This document shows, in pieces, positions 11,272-25,096 of a stretch of DNA of 64,000 nt; the stretch's first letter is position 1; each line of letters begins with the position of its first letter. The notes under the pieces were generated by a model that saw only the letters and a list, made by a program, of their open reading frames with translations, did not search any database and was not told the DNA's origin. The translations under genes and the position numbers were made by a program. The stretch comes from Octopus vulgaris (taxonomy: Eukaryota): the NCBI GenBank assembly GCA_951406725.2, contig OX597822.1, forward strand, positions 33,976,001-34,040,000, read 5' to 3'.

Positions 11272-12829
11272 CCTATTGCTTAACAACGGGTGTTGGTTTG
11301 TTTACGTTTCCACCACTTAGCGGTTGGGCAGACTATTAGAATAAGTACTAGACTTTTTAAAAAAATCATTTAAGTAGCGGATTCGATTCGTTCAACAAAA
11401 AACCCTCAAAGTAGTGTTCTAGCATGGCCACAGTTTAATGACTGAAGCAAATGGAAGAAGAAAGATCGAAGATGTTCCACATTTTTTTTAAACGGATTAC
11501 TTTATACAATTGGTTGTCTATTTCATTTGGCAAAAGGTCACAAACTTGAAACAAAAGTATATGATCAATAAAACCGAGTACCAGTGTATTACTGGTATTA
11601 TTTTTTGCCTCCTTGGAGATATTAAAGGTAAAGCCAGTCCTGTGCAGTATTTGCACTCACAAAGTAAGTGAACAGCTAAATACCGCAATGCTATATTTTT
11701 CATGTTTAACTCTTTCTACTACTCCACTACTTGCGTATACAGGCGAGTTATAAAACAGTATTGATTGGTTGGTGAAGTAAGCCAGTGTTACCTTCTGACA
11801 GATCGCTTCGTCCATTGCGGTTTAATATTATTGACCGTGTCTTTAGAAGCTCAGAATAAAAATAAAATACGTTACTTTCTCTCTATCTATCTGCAATATT
11901 TCTCTAGCTTAGTGGTTTATAACTTGGGAGTTTAAAAACAGCTGGAGCCTAATCTTCATCCCTTAAAGACGTTGTGGGCTAAGAAAAGGGACGGCAAATA
12001 TCAAGGGTACAGGGGTCCTCTTTGGTTGAGTGTGGTAGGGTCTCAAAAGGAGTTATAGGTTTAGAAATAAGATATTTAAACCAGGTAATATTTGTATGTT
12101 AAACACATGAACAAAAATTTGGGGTCGGAATTAGAATATGGGTAAAAATAAGACCCATGGGAAACTAATGCGTAAAATTGGCTTCCACTTCGTTAAATTA
12201 AGGGTTTTGTTTTTGAGATGGGGAACTATTCATTGGGGGTGGACCTTCGTAAAATCTTATCGGTTTTCTTTTTTGGGAAAGGGTTGCTGAGCCACATAAA
12301 GTTAAAAATCCCTGTTCTATGCATCGGTGTGACCATCCCAACGAACAAAAGCTGGTATCGGTAGAAGTGAGGGAAAATACCTCGGGGATTGTTCTGCATA
12401 TAAAATATTCATATATGAATATAATGGGTTGATAAAAATTTAGACTAACTAAAATTATCATTGTGATTTGCTGACAAAGACTTCTAAGGGTGCTTAAAAT
12501 TTGAAAGTAACAATCATGGAAATAATTCCAATTATATAAACCAATAGGGGTTTTTTAGAAAAATGAAGACCATGTAGATGGGAATGGATACTGTTGTTGT
12601 TAAAAGCAGCTGTGAAAATAATGGACATATTTCGGTTTTATTAGAGCTATTGAACCATTAAAGGGCCTCTGTGGATGGTGGGGTGAGAGAAGAAAGTAAC
12701 TTCAAAGCGGAGAGACAAGAGATAAAAGAAGAGAGAAGAGGGCTAGGAAAAAATCACACGTAGATTACGTTCACGTGTTCTACCACGCACACACACACAC
12801 ACGGCGAATGCAAGAAAGACATGAGCAGC

Positions 12830-13190
12830 GAGAAGATTCCAGAGGGCCGATGTTATGTGGAGGAAGGACTAGGTGTAATGATCAGTGCAGGACTTTGAAC
12901 GCCGCGTCGGCTTTGAGAGGAGAAGAGGCGAATCTGTTGAGAATATACAGATGGGAGATGGAACGAGATCAACGAAATTCCGAAAAGCAGAAGCCACAAT
13001 CACAAATGGCGTTACTCCTTGTAAGCAGAAACTGTGGCTGAACTCGTGGCGCAATGAATAACGCACCTGGCAACAGATCAGGAGACATCAGGTTCGGTTC
13101 CTGGCGTACTCGAAATCCTCAAATGATTTTTAATGGCGGTGCCCCAGCATGGCCACAGCTCGTGAGCTGAAACTAAACGAAATAAAAATG
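12830..13190 (+). mobile_element. Degraded CR1-group LINE 3' fragment
   Basis: Frameshifted remnant of an ERRR..IY.W-type C-terminal motif, followed by the same 3' tail (GGCGGTGCCCCAGCATGGCCACAGCTCGTGAGCTGAAAC) as the LINE at 26772. Confidence 0.45.
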
Positions 13191-13510
13191 AGTTTTTCCA
13201 AATTGTGTTAACTCGAGCATTGTAAAATAACTGACTTAGAAAAAGAATCAGAATTATGAGACAGGTAATAGAACTGCTTCCCAGGGTGTTGTTCGCGGGT
13301 TCAAAATGCTGTCCTTCTACATAACCGGGACTCTATATGACCGTTCAAAAACAACAGACAAAGATTCGTTTGAAAGTAGAGCGTCATGAGATGCTGTTAT
13401 CCAGTGGAAATGATGGGGTTACGCAGGGGCAGAGTTACAGCTTCAGGGACCTGCTGTGATATTCCTTTTTAAACCTGTTCAACACTGTGACAAATAAGGA
13501 TCATAGGGAA

Positions 13511-13925
13511 GGCGGCGAGCTGGCAGAAACGTTAGCACGTCGGGCTAAATGCTTAGCGGTATTTCGTCTGCCGCTACGTTCTGAATTCAAATTCCGCCGA
13601 GGTTGACTTTGCCTTTCATCCTTTCGGGATCGATTAAATAAGTACCAGTTACGCACTGGGGTCGATATAATCGACTTAATCCGTTTGTCTGTCCTTGTTT
13701 GACCCCTCTGTGTGTAGCCCCTTGTGGGCAGTAAAGAAATAAGAAACGTTAGCACGCCGGGAGAAATGCTTTACGTTCTATGTTCAAATTCCGCCGAGGT
13801 CGACTTTGCCTTTCATCCTTTCGGGGTCGATAAATTAAGTACCAGTTGCGTACTGCGGTCGATCTAATCGACTGGCTCCCTCCCCCAAAATTTCGGGCCT
13901 TGTGCCTAGAGTTGAAAAGAATAAG
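13511..13925 (+). mobile_element. SINE family B
   Basis: Similar to 5864-6255. Confidence 0.8.
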
Positions 13926-14689
13926 AATTATATGGAAGCAAATTATTTTAGTCTTCTCATAGATAAAAAGAAGAAAAGAGAAATAAATGTTTTAAAAGTC
14001 ACAACTATTTGGCGGAGGCAAGTAATTTATTATTTGTCTAATGTGTCTCTTTTTTCTTGTAATTGAGAAAATCTGACTGCTATTTCTAGCAAACCGAGTA
14101 TTCCATAGCGAGTCGATAAGCAATGTATGCAATGACGCAACTAGAGTTTGTGTCACTCGGTCCTTAAGCCCCTCCCTATGCACACATATGCACGGAAAAT
14201 ATTATATAATATCCATAGACACTGCGCCAGTGTCCTTGTGTCAAATTCGATCAATAATTACAAGTAGTTCTTTCTATGTTATAAGGGAAGTAACTCTATC
14301 TAAAAATTGCCTCTAAACGGTGAACATATTCTTGATGAAAATCTATGACGTTTGTGGAACGAGGTTCTGTATGTCTAGCTTATAAGGGACGTAACTCCGA
14401 TGTTCTTTTTTTTTTTCTTCAATAATACACACATACATATATTTCTTTTATTTGTTATTTGTTTCAGTGATTTGACTGCGGTCATGATGGAGCAATGCCG
14501 TTCAGAGTTGTTTTGTCGGATAAGTCTAATCCAGCATTTAATTATTTTGCTAAGCCTGGTACTTATTTTATCAATCTCTTATGCCGAACTGCTAAGTTAC
14601 AGGAGACGCAGACGCACCAGCATCGGTTATCACGCGTTGGATGTATGTGTGACAAACACACACACATGTGTGTATGTGTTTGTGTGTGT

Positions 14690-15007
14690 GTGGAGGCACA
14701 ATGGCCAGTGGTTAGGGCACCGGACTCGCGGTCGTAGGATCGCGATTTCGATTCCCAGACCGGGCGTTGTGAGTGTTTATTGAGCAAAAACACCTAAAGC
14801 TCTACGAGGCTTCGGCAGGGGGTGGGGGTGGCGACCCCTATTGTACTCTTTCGCCACAACTTTCTCTCACTCTTTCTTCTGTTGGCTTGCTCGCTTGAAG
14901 GCTAAAAGGGATGGCGTCACTTGAAGGCTAAAACAATGCGAAGCGCATTGTGACCAGCGATGTGTAGCAACATCTGATAGCCTGGTCGGTTAAGGTGATC
15001 ACGGTGA
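14690..15007 (+). mobile_element. tRNA-derived SINE
   Basis: GGAGGCACAATGGCCAGTGGTTAGGGCACCGGACTCGCGG...TTCGATTCC head; body shared with 762-1089. Confidence 0.7.
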
Positions 15008-15483
15008 TATATATATATATATATATACACATGACAGGCTTCTCTTAGTTTCCGTCTTCCAAATTTCCAAATCCACTCACAAGGCTTTGGTCGGCCTGAG
15101 GCTATAGTAAAAGACACTTGCCCAAGGTACTACGAAGTGAGACTGAATCCGGGAGCATGTGATTAGGAACAAGCTTCTTACCACACAGCCACAGCCACAA
15201 GACTAATTTCTATCAAAAAATTCGATTTCCACAACCTCTCACTCTCTCTCTCTCTCTCTCCAATAATCAATCAATCAATCAATGGCGATGTTTCGTTTTA
15301 TGATCACCAGAGTGAGACTACTGAATTCAACAGAGATCGTGATTTGTCTGAAACTGGGCAATGAAACGAGTGAAAGAATTCTTTTCTTTGACATGAAGTA
15401 AAATGGTAAAAACTTGAAACAAAAAAACTTAACTGTAAAATTTGATTTTTCAAAAACGCTTTTGATTTTTTTTTTATTATATA

Positions 15484-15718
15484 CAGGGTGGCCCAAAAGT
15501 AGGTTTACAGTCATTCAACTATCTCTGTCGCATTCATATATTAACGGCTTAGACCTTAATTATAAAAATAAATGAAACCTTTGTTCTGCGCCAATTTGGC
15601 TAATTTTGTCAAGATCCCTTTTGAGTTTGTAAGATAGAAATTTAAATGTAATAAAATGTCTTAAAAGAAATTTAATGTGCCAACGTGATAAATGTAAACA
15701 TACTTTTGAGCTACCCTG
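15484..15718. mobile_element. Tc1/mariner-type MITE
   Basis: TIRs CAGGGTGGCCCAAAAGTA / TACTTTTGAGCTACCCTG with TA on both sides. Confidence 0.8.
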
Positions 15719-16100
15719 TATAGTCTGAGTATAGCTGTGTGGTAAGAAGCTTGCTCCACAACCATATGGTACAGAGTTCAGTCCCACTGCGTGGCACCTT
15801 GGGCAAGTGTCTTCCACTGTAGCCTCGGGCGGATATTATGACTGGATTTGGTAGACGGAAACTGCAAGAAGCCCGTCGGGCATGTGTGTGTGCGTGCGTG
15901 TGGGAGTGTGTGTATTTCTTCCCCACCAACGCTCGAAACCGGTGTTGGTGTTTTTACATCGCCGTAAATTATTAGGTTGACAAAACGGAGAGATAGCGTA
16001 AGTGCCGGGCTTAGAAAAGACGCACTGGGGTAGATTCGTTTAAGTAAAATTCTTCAAGGCAGTGCTCCAGCATGGCCACAATCTAATATGATTTAACAAA

Positions 16101-16156
<56 letters not shown>

Positions 16157-16160
<4 letters not shown>

Positions 16161-16345
16161 AGAGTTTACAAAAAAAACAACAAAAGACGAAGACAGGTGG
16201 TGTACAAAACAAACAGATGTATTAGTATAACGCTCAGGAATAGAAAAAGTCTTTTACGTTTCGAGCCTACGCTCTTCTACAGAAAGAGACATCGAAAAAA
16301 CAAGGAGAGAAAAAAAAGTATGTAGTGGCTAACGATCTATCATAG
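16157..16345 (-). mobile_element. Penelope-like short element with minimal hammerhead variant
   Basis: Minus strand TCTTT-CTGTAGA-A-GAGC-GTAG-GCTC-GAAA-CG-TA-AAAGA (16249-16288); next to (TA)n. Confidence 0.6.
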
Positions 16346-16954
16346 CGTACATACACCTGTGTCTTTGTGTTTGTCCTTACCACCAGCACCACTGTTTCAC
16401 AACTAACTGGTGTTGGTTTATTTCCGTCCCCGTAGCAGAGAGGTTCGACATAAGAAACCAATACAATAAGTACTAAAATAAATAATGGAGATGATTTATC
16501 CGAAAAAAAAAAAAGCATCCAGACTGGTGCCCCAATATGGCCGCAGACCAATGAGTGAAACGAGTAAAAGATAGAAGATATGATGAAAAAATAAGCAATT
16601 AGACAGGATAATACCGTCGAAGGCGGTTAACTGCTGTCCATCAACACATAAACTCTACGAGGCAATGTGTGGTGATTCACCAAATGTGTTGATTTATTGT
16701 AATCTTCAGCTGAATTATTAATTAGTTCCAACGATGCATGCAAGTTAATCGTACCTTCTATGTTCAGCATATTATTGTGCTGTCAGATCAATTTGCTCGT
16801 CCTTTTACTTATATATTGTTTATTTATTGTTTTGGTACTTTTTGTGATCTAGTTAAATGTTTTATAATATATTTTATTTTTTCTTTATGACTTGGTTTAT
16901 GTCTATCATTGTTTGAATTACATAATAGTAGTTTTTCTCTAATTTATATATATA

Positions 16955-17351
16955 CTAGCAGTATCGCCCGGCGTTGCTCGGGTTTGTAAGGGAAATAACT
17001 ATATAAGCATTTTTAGAGAGTTATAGCCAAAAATAGCAAAAAAATGCATTAAAAATGGAAAAAAAAATTATAGTAATTTTTTAAAAATCGTTGACTCATC
17101 GTAGACATGTTTAGAGAGTTACTTCCCTTATATTTAAAAAAATATGCGTTAAAATGGAAAAAAATTATGGTAAATTATTTTTAAAATCGTAAACTCATCG
17201 TAGACGCGCGCTAATACCAGAAGGGCTTGATATGAATCACGACTATAAGATACCCGGTTTTGGTTAAACTGCACCGCAAAATGTGGGAGTAGTTAGGAAT
17301 CTAAATCGAAGGGGACAGACACTCACACAATTACAGTTTTATATATAAAGA
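16955..17351 (-). mobile_element. Non-autonomous Helitron
   Basis: Same termini as 2196-2573, with an internal duplication. Confidence 0.85.
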
Positions 17352-17566
17352 TATGGCACACCATCGTCATAGATCTCAACGAAAAGAAGAAATATTTATT
17401 TAAATTTCAAAAGCAATAAACAAAAATTGTAGAAAGTATATAGCTACAAAAAAAAATCTGTAAAATACGACGATAATAAATTGTTCGTGCTATTTCAAAT
17501 AAACATTGGAAAGGATTAAAATTAATAGAAAAAGACGAATTTATCAGATAACCTAATACAATAATA

Positions 17567-17776
17567 CACAGCTCCCATGACTTTCGGAAACATTTCTTCA
17601 CACTCAGAGTTGCTGAAGCATGGAATAAACTGCCTGCGTCAGTTGTTGACTGCCATGACACTGCATCCTTTAAGGCCCTCATGCTTTCCGAAATCCGTCG
17701 AAACTACACCTGATTATATATACACTTTCGATGAGTTGTAGTGCACCTGAGCACTGTACACAATGTTTATTATTAT
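17567..17776 (+). mobile_element. CR1-clade LINE 3' end
   Basis: Encodes HSSHDFRKHFFTLRVAEAWNKLPASVVDCHDTASFK..., the typical CR1 ORF2 C-terminus; second copy at ~19930-20228 (-). Confidence 0.8.
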
Positions 17777-17814
17777 ATGAGTGTTTACATAGAATAAATG
17801 GACATAGTGACACA

Positions 17815-18350
17815 AGTGTGTTACCTCGATTTGTTTCCTCATAACTTCCACAAAAAATGAATATTTTTTAATGAAATTTTCGATAAATACCTTTCAGGTG
17901 GTGTATATTACGATAATATCAAAGTTTAATTTGGAAAAAAATAACTGATGAACTCGCATACATACATAACATAAATACTGATACACATCACGAAATGAAA
18001 CTTGAGATTTCAAAAAAAAAAATTGTGTCCGTATCTATGTGTACGAGCCTACCATTTTTTTTTTAAATTTAAATTCTGATGTAATCGTATTACACACCAT
18101 CTGAAAAGTATTTATAGAAAATTTCAATAAAAAAGGATATCCATTTTTCGGCAAGTTATGAGGAAACAATACCAATTCGGGTGAATTTTTCCGAAATCCT
18201 CTTCCTACCCTCGAAAAATAAAAAAACCAAAAGAACATTTTCGGAGCAAATTTCGATATATTCAGAATCTACACCATCTGATGCATGTCAGTAGAAAATT
18301 TCATTTAAAAACATCCATTTCTCTGGAAGGAAACTAAGTCGGTGGAGGGT
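17815..18350. mobile_element. Degenerate DNA element with internal inverted and direct subrepeats
   Basis: ~17830-17915 is the reverse complement of ~18080-18170; third partial copy at ~18265-18330. Confidence 0.45.
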
Positions 18351-18896
18351 ACATACTTGTGTGTATGCCAACAAATATCCTGTATGACATTTCTTTCAGT
18401 CAGTTGCGTACAGTTCTTACATGCATTCGTCATATAACAAAGTAAACCAAGTTTTCCCTACATAAACAATTTTGCAACAAACTTGTAGTTTCAAAGAAAT
18501 AAATAAAAGTCTCCCAGTTTCATTTCACTACCGAGTTAAATTTATTAGTACTACAGAAAATCATTTTATTGAATCGACGTCAGTGATTTTAATTTCTGGA
18601 TCATATCATAAAACCAAAACATCGTGTAATCAAGTAACGAAACGCGCCACTCGCGTTTATCCGGTTGGAGGAATAACTTTGAATTATAGTAAGTACAGCT
18701 GCCGAATAATCTTGAATGTGTACGAAACAATTATTTGTTGGAGAGCCATGATGTTTCATGGAATTTTAGAGTTACGTCCCTTGATGAACACGCTGTCTGC
18801 GACGACGGCAGATTATATCGAACTTCACTTTCACTCTGTCGATCGTTTCTTGTTGTTTTCAGACATTGGACTGTGGCCATGATGGGGAAACAAACT

Positions 18897-19269
18897 GGGA
18901 TCTTTTCGTTTTGAACGGCACCCATAATTATGACCCTAGTATCGATCTATTGCATTTCAATCTGTTTTAGGGGTAGGGGAAGGGTATCTTTTTTCTTCAG
19001 AAATGTAAATAAACCCAATCTGTTTCCTAAACGAGGGACATATTCATACGGTACAGAATGTTTTCACCTCAATAGACGTCATTGATTGGTTGAAATTGCA
19101 GAAATTGAAGAAAAAAAAACAACAAATATCTTACAAACCATAGAATTTTCTCAATAAACCGAAGAGAAAAAGATGTTTTATAAATACATTCTACCAGTAT
19201 ACGAAGTTTAAAATTTTTTAGTTTCCTAGAAATTATGCTAAAAACTGCCGTTCAAACTGAAAAGATCCC
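18897..19269. mobile_element. TIR MITE, same family as 258-673
   Basis: GGGATCTTTTCGTTTTGAACGGCA ... CTGCCGTTCAAACTGAAAAGATCCC. Confidence 0.8.
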
Positions 19270-19929
19270 TAACTTTTTCTCAAGTTCGGGACGTATACCA
19301 AAGTTCTCTTTGCTGAACCGCTAGGTTACAGGAACTTTCTTAGGCGGCTAGAAAAGATGTGAGGTAGAGGAGCGGTAATCACTGACAGTATGGAAGGGGT
19401 GATGAGCAACAAAGTAGTAATAAAAGTAATAACAGTAATAATGATACAAGAGATAAGGAAAGGATGAGAAAAAAAGAGATGATGTCTGGGTGGGCACGTT
19501 GCAAGAATGTGAGAGGAGAGGCAGATGTACTGCATGGGAAAAGTGAGAGATGTATGATGGTGGAGGAAGAGAGATAATCTGGCAGCACAGAAAGGTGATC
19601 AATGTAAAATCTGGGTGGAGAGGGACAGCATTAAGCATGAAGGATGGATATCAAGTGAATTCATATCAAGTGAATTCCGGGTTGTGAGAAAGAAAACTGG
19701 AATCAGAGAAAAGATGTCAAAGTCAAAAGATATATTTTTGCTAATGAGGTTAAGTTCTGTATGACTATAAGAAAATGTTTATGTATTTCAGTTTTGTATA
19801 AGTCTGTATTTGCTTGTATTTAAGTAAGCTTAATATATCTAAAATATTGATAATGCTTATAATGGTATTCACAGCAATTTTTTTAAAAGTGAATTTTCTA
19901 AATGTGTCAGTTAGATTTTTCAGAGTGTT

Positions 19930-20228
19930 CATGCAGTAATAATATAATGAAATTATTGTATACAGTGCTCAGGTGCACCACAACTTGTCAGAAAGTGCAT
20001 ATAAAGTACATGCAGTAATGTAAAAATGTCTGGAAAGCGAACAATGTATGAGTCAGATACATGCCTGTGTGTGTATGGAGGGGATAAAATCAGGTGTAGT
20101 GTTGGTGAATCTCAGAAAGCATGGAAGTTTTGAAGGATGCAGTGCTCCGACAGCTAACAACTGATGCCGGCAGTTTGTTCTATGCTTCAGCAACTCTCAG
20201 CGTGAAAAAATGTTTCCTGAAGTCATGA
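19930..20228 (-). mobile_element. CR1-clade LINE 3' end
   Basis: Reverse-complement homology to 17567-17776. Confidence 0.75.
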
Positions 20229-21208
20229 GAATGTATAACCATTATCTCTATACAAATCTAATTTATATTTCCTCATCATTATGGTATCTCATTGATGTCA
20301 TGTCTTGTTCTCTTATGTTCTGTGCACTGAAATCACATTGACCATTCTTCTCTATGCTTTCTGGTCTACCTATATATCAAATAGTTCTTTAAAAAAAAAA
20401 TGAATTTCTAGCATCGTGCCCTTCCTAACGCCAACCACTCCGTGAGTGTAGTGGTTGCTTTTTACGTGCCACTGGCAAAGCATAAATTATAATATTGATA
20501 TCTCTATCACTAATTTATGCTGAAGCCTTAACATTTTTGTAGCTTGTTATGAATGGATATTTAAAAATTAATATATCTACAATTATTATTTTTTTAAAGA
20601 ATTTATTATTCGGGATTATCATCAGGATAGTACTTGGGGTTGTTTGATGTTTGAGTTTCCAGCAATCAGACATCCTCACCCAGGTAACCTATTTCAGGCC
20701 TTATCAATCCCAGGCTTGTGTCTATTTAACATAGCTCTATCTTCAACTCCTCACTTCTAATCTATAGCCACATTGAAGCAGTTTCTGCTGTGTCTGTATT
20801 ATTCAACCACCTAATTACTGGGATGCTATTCCTTATCAATAAAGTAAATGGCTTATTAAGTATTACAATTAATAGAATCTAAAATATGCTTGCAATAGTT
20901 TATAAGTTATATAAGTCTACACATGCCCAGGAACTCTTTTCTATCATCTGTTAAGGCTTGTTGCCTGTGTCTATGTCTTTAAAATAAATTTAACATGTAG
21001 GTATGGCTCTGTGGTTCAATCCCACTGCATGGCATCTTAGGTGAGTGTCTTCTACTATAACCACTGGCCAACCAAAGCCTTGTGAGTGGATTTGATAGAA
21101 GAAAAGTGAGAGCCCGTCGTATATACATACATATATTATTTTGAAGAAAACAGATACCTTTTAAAAATGGATGGAAACATCCAAGCTTCACTGGTTTAAT
21201 TTTATATA

Positions 21209-21456
21209 TTGGATTGGTGCATAATTATTGCAGTTTTTTTTCAATAAATTTTATTTGACTAAAACAATAACATGTAACAAAAACATTTTTAAATGATTAT
21301 TCCAGAGCATATTCACCATCTACTTCATTTACTGCTTCCCATTTGCTTGGCATACAGTCAGACCATCATTTAAAGATGTTTTTGTTAAATATTGTTATTG
21401 TTTTTCTTGAAAAAAATTTATTGAAAAAAAGCTGCAATAATTATGTACCAACCCAA
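21209..21456. mobile_element. Mariner deletion derivative (MITE)
   Basis: TIRs TTGGATTGGTGCATAATTATTGCAG / CTGCAATAATTATGTACCAACCCAA; TA TSD; minus-strand remnant MPSKWEAVNEVDGEYA resembles a mariner transposase C-terminus. Confidence 0.8.
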
Positions 21457-21885
21457 TATCTATGAAATGTTCAGGAGTCCAGTATTACTTAATAGTATTG
21501 ATGTTTATTGATTAATAATAGGCACCAATAAAGTATATTACAGAGATCAATGACTGTTTCACTTCAATATATAAGGTTATATTCCAATATAGTATTCAAT
21601 AATAAAATAATATGATAAAATAATTAATGGATATAATTGAATATTAATAATAATAATGATGATGATAATGATTTCAAACTTTTGCCACAAGGGCAGCTTG
21701 CGGGAGGGGATTAGGTTGATTACATCAACCCCAGTGCATAACTGGTACTTATTTAATTGACCCCGAAAGAATGAAAGGCAACATTGACCTTGGTGGAATT
21801 TGAACTCAGGATGTAGCAGCAGACGAAATACCAGAAAGCATTTCAACCAGCATACTAACAATTCTGTCAGCTCACTGTCTTCTTC

Positions 21886-21937
<52 letters not shown>

Positions 21938-22283
21938 TAATAATAATAATATTTGTCTTGTGTATTGACTTTCAAAATTTATCCAATGGTAAAAATATTT
22001 GCAACACATACTTTGATGATGTAAAATACAAATGCCATATATACAGTAAGTAGAATAGTTTACAATGCTATCATGTGATCATGCATATTAGTGCACATAT
22101 ATGCACAAAAAACAAGAACAAAAACACTAGAAATGGTATATTTTTCTTTAAATAATAACACACACACGTGAAAGCAAATTTAACACACACACACACAGAA
22201 ATAAATATAAACAAAAGACATATACATACTTAACGTTTTTTTAAAAACTTATCATGTGCACACACACACACACACACACACAT

Positions 22284-22814
22284 ATCTATTATATAAAATC
22301 TGTTCTCTCTGTCTGTATGTGTGTGTCTTCTATGATCTTGGACATCCTCCATCCAATTGTGCTCAAATTTTATATGTAGACACCAACGGTATCAGGGCAT
22401 GTATAAGTCTTGAAAAAATTACAAAAATCGATTCCAAGTGAGAATGCGATCGATAAAGCCATGCGAACGTGCATTTGTATGCACAAGTACATCAGCTATT
22501 GTGATTGATACTACGTGTATGCAAGAAAAATGCACGTGCAGTTTGCACAAAAAGAGCTGGCTGGCTTGAAATAATGCCACAAAATGCAGTATATCTAAGA
22601 GACCAAAAAAGTTAGATGCAAAAGAGATATTTTCTTCAAACTTGGCATGAAGGAAAGAAAGACTATTTGGTTTCTCAAGAAGTTTAACAAAACCAAAAAT
22701 TTTATTGAAATAAAGGCATGCTTAATTATTTTCTAATGAAAAGAAAACACTGATTGCTTTATATTCAGAAGATATGATTCAGCATCGTCCAATGAACAGG
22801 GGGTGTTTTGCTTG
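22284..22814 (+). mobile_element. Decayed Helitron-like element
   Basis: A|TCTATTATATAAAATCTG start with a (TCTG/TGTG) tract; degenerate 3' end. Confidence 0.45.
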
Positions 22815-22890
22815 TATATGTATATATACGAATATTTACATGTTGATGGTCACCCGATCAATTATGATGTAATTCCTTCAGCGCTTTACT

Positions 22891-22997
22891 TCTCACCCTG
22901 ATGAAGTATTTTACTTGCTATTTTCAAAATTCGATTTTAATTTATCGATTTTGTTATTGAGCAAGTTGAATATGGAAACAATTGTAGGTAGCAGAGA
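22891..22997 (+). ncRNA. Hammerhead ribozyme motif (long stem II)
   Basis: ACC-CTGATGA(22898-22904)-A-GTATT.ACTTGCT...AGCAAGT.AATAT-GAAA(22975-22978)-CAATTG-TA-GGT. Confidence 0.55.
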
Positions 22998-23082
22998 ATT
23001 TTGATAATACATTGATAAATTGATGTTTATCAGATAAATCTCTCCATTTTCTTGTTATTGAATACAAGATATAAATATATAT

Positions 23083-23738
23083 ACAGCTGGATGCCCTTCC
23101 TAACACCAACCACTCCGAGAGTGTATTGGGTGCTTTTACGTGCTACCGGTAGAAGGACCAGTCAGGCGGTACTGGCAACAGCCATACTCAAATGGTGTTT
23201 TTTATATGCCACCTGCACAGGAGCCAGTCCAGTGGCACTGGCAATGACCTCACTCAAATGTTGTTTTTCACGTGCCACCAGCACAAGTGCCAGTAAGGTG
23301 ATGCTGGTAACGATCACGCTTGAATGGTGCTTTTTACATATATTTAGGGCCGCTGACTGGCTCCCGTGCTGGTGGTGAGTAAAATGCACCATTCGAGCGT
23401 GATCGTTACAAGTGTCACCTTACTGGCACTTGAAAAACATTTGAGTGAGGTCATTACCAGTGCCACTGGACTGGCTCCTGTGCAGGTGGCATATAAAAAA
23501 CGCCATTTGCGTATGGCTGTTGCTAGTACTGCCTGACTGGCCCTTGTACCGGTGGCACATAAAAGCACCCACTACACTCTCGGAGTGGTTGGTCTTAGGA
23601 AGGACATCCAGCTGTAGAAACTCTGCCAGATTTGACTGGAGCCTGGTGCAGCCATCTGGTTCGCCAGTCCTCAGTCAAACCTTCCAACCCATGCTAGCAT
23701 GGAAAGCGGACAATAAACGATGATGATGATGATGATGA
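23083..23738. mobile_element. Inverted pair of RTE-LINE 3' UTR fragments
   Basis: ~23083-23338 is the reverse complement of ~23379-23616; + strand tail ...CCATGCTAGCATGGAAAGCGGAC..(GAT)n. Confidence 0.8.
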
Positions 23739-23980
23739 TATAATAATATAAATAATATATAAATATATGCATGTGTCTTTTTGTCCTCACCACCATCACT
23801 TGACAACCTTTGTTGGTATATTTACATCCCTGTAACTTAGCGGTTTGGCAAAAGCGACTGACAGAATAAGCACTAAGCATACAAACTCCTGGGGGTTGCT
23901 TTCTTCAACTAAAACCTATTAAGGCTGTGCTCCATCATGGCTGCAGTCTGAAACAAATGAAAAAGAAAGAAAAAATACGA

Positions 23981-24370
23981 AAGGCCGAGGAAGACATGGG
24001 ATGAGGTGATGAAGCATGATCTTCGAATGCTGGGTCTGATGGAGGTGATGACAAGTGATTGAGACCTTTAGCGATTTGCTATGCGTGAGAAGACTCATTG
24101 AGCCAACTGAAGTTGTAGTTGTGACCAGTGTCGATAACATGTTAGAAGGCACTCGTGCCAGTGACATGAAGGAGACACTCATGCTGGTGACTTGTAGAAG
24201 CACCCATTACACTTTTGTAGTTGTTGACGTTAGGAAGGGCATCCAGCCATAGCAAACAATGCCAAATCAGACTGGAGCCTGGTACAGCTCCCCAGCTTAC
24301 TAGTTCCAGTCAAGCCATCCAACCCATGCCAGCATGGAAAACAGATTCTAAATGATGATGAAGATGATGT
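23981..24370 (+). mobile_element. RTE-clade LINE 3' end
   Basis: Encodes RPRKTWDEVMKHDLRMLGL..., followed by the AGGAAGGGCATCCAGC...(GAT)n 3' UTR. Confidence 0.75.
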
Positions 24371-24466
24371 AGGTTTTTCTGATATTGTTAAAAAAAAAAA
24401 TTTTAAAGCAAATTAAATTATCGTTTCATAATAGATTTTTTTTGTCATATAAAAAGATGCACACAT

Positions 24467-25096
24467 CATCATCATCATCGTTTAACGTCTGCTTTCCATG
24501 CTGGCATGGGTTGGACGATTTGACTGAGGACTGGCGAACCAGATGGCTGCACTAGGCTCCAATATGATCTGGCAGAGTTTTTACAGCTGGATGCCCTTCC
24601 TAACACCGATCACTCTGAGAGTGTAGTGGGTGATTCTACGTGCCACCGGCACGGGGGCCAGTCAGGCAGTACTGGCAATGGCCACACTCAAATGGTTTTT
24701 TATGTGCCACCTGCACAGGAGCTAGTCCAGCAGTACTGGCACCGACTTCGCTCAAATGATTTTTCACGTGCCACCAGCACAAGTGCCAGTAGAGCGACGC
24801 TGGTAATGATTACATTTGGATGGTGCTTTTTATGTGCCACCAACATGGATCCCAGTCAGCAGCTCTGGCAACAATCACACTCGGATGGTGCGCTTAGTGC
24901 TCCGCTGGCACAGGTGCCAGTCATCGAATTTGATTCAATTTCAATTTCACTTGCCTCAACAGGTCTTCACAAGCAGAGTTTCAGTGTCCAATGAAGGAAA
25001 GGTACGCATAAGTGGGCTGGTTACATCCCTGGCATAGGCCACGGGTTATGGTCTCACTTGGCTTGCCGGGTCTTCTCACACACTGCATATTTCCAA
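24467..25096 (-). mobile_element. 5'-truncated RTE LINE with 18-bp TSD
   Basis: TSD ATAAAAAGATGCACACAT at 24449-24466 and 25097-25114; ORF end WKYAVCEKTRQAK*; (GAT)n tail. Confidence 0.9.

Noticed and set aside
23083-24950. CRISPR-like repeat-spacer pattern
   Set aside because: Eukaryotic retrotransposon 3' UTR modules; repeats are degenerate and there are no cas genes.
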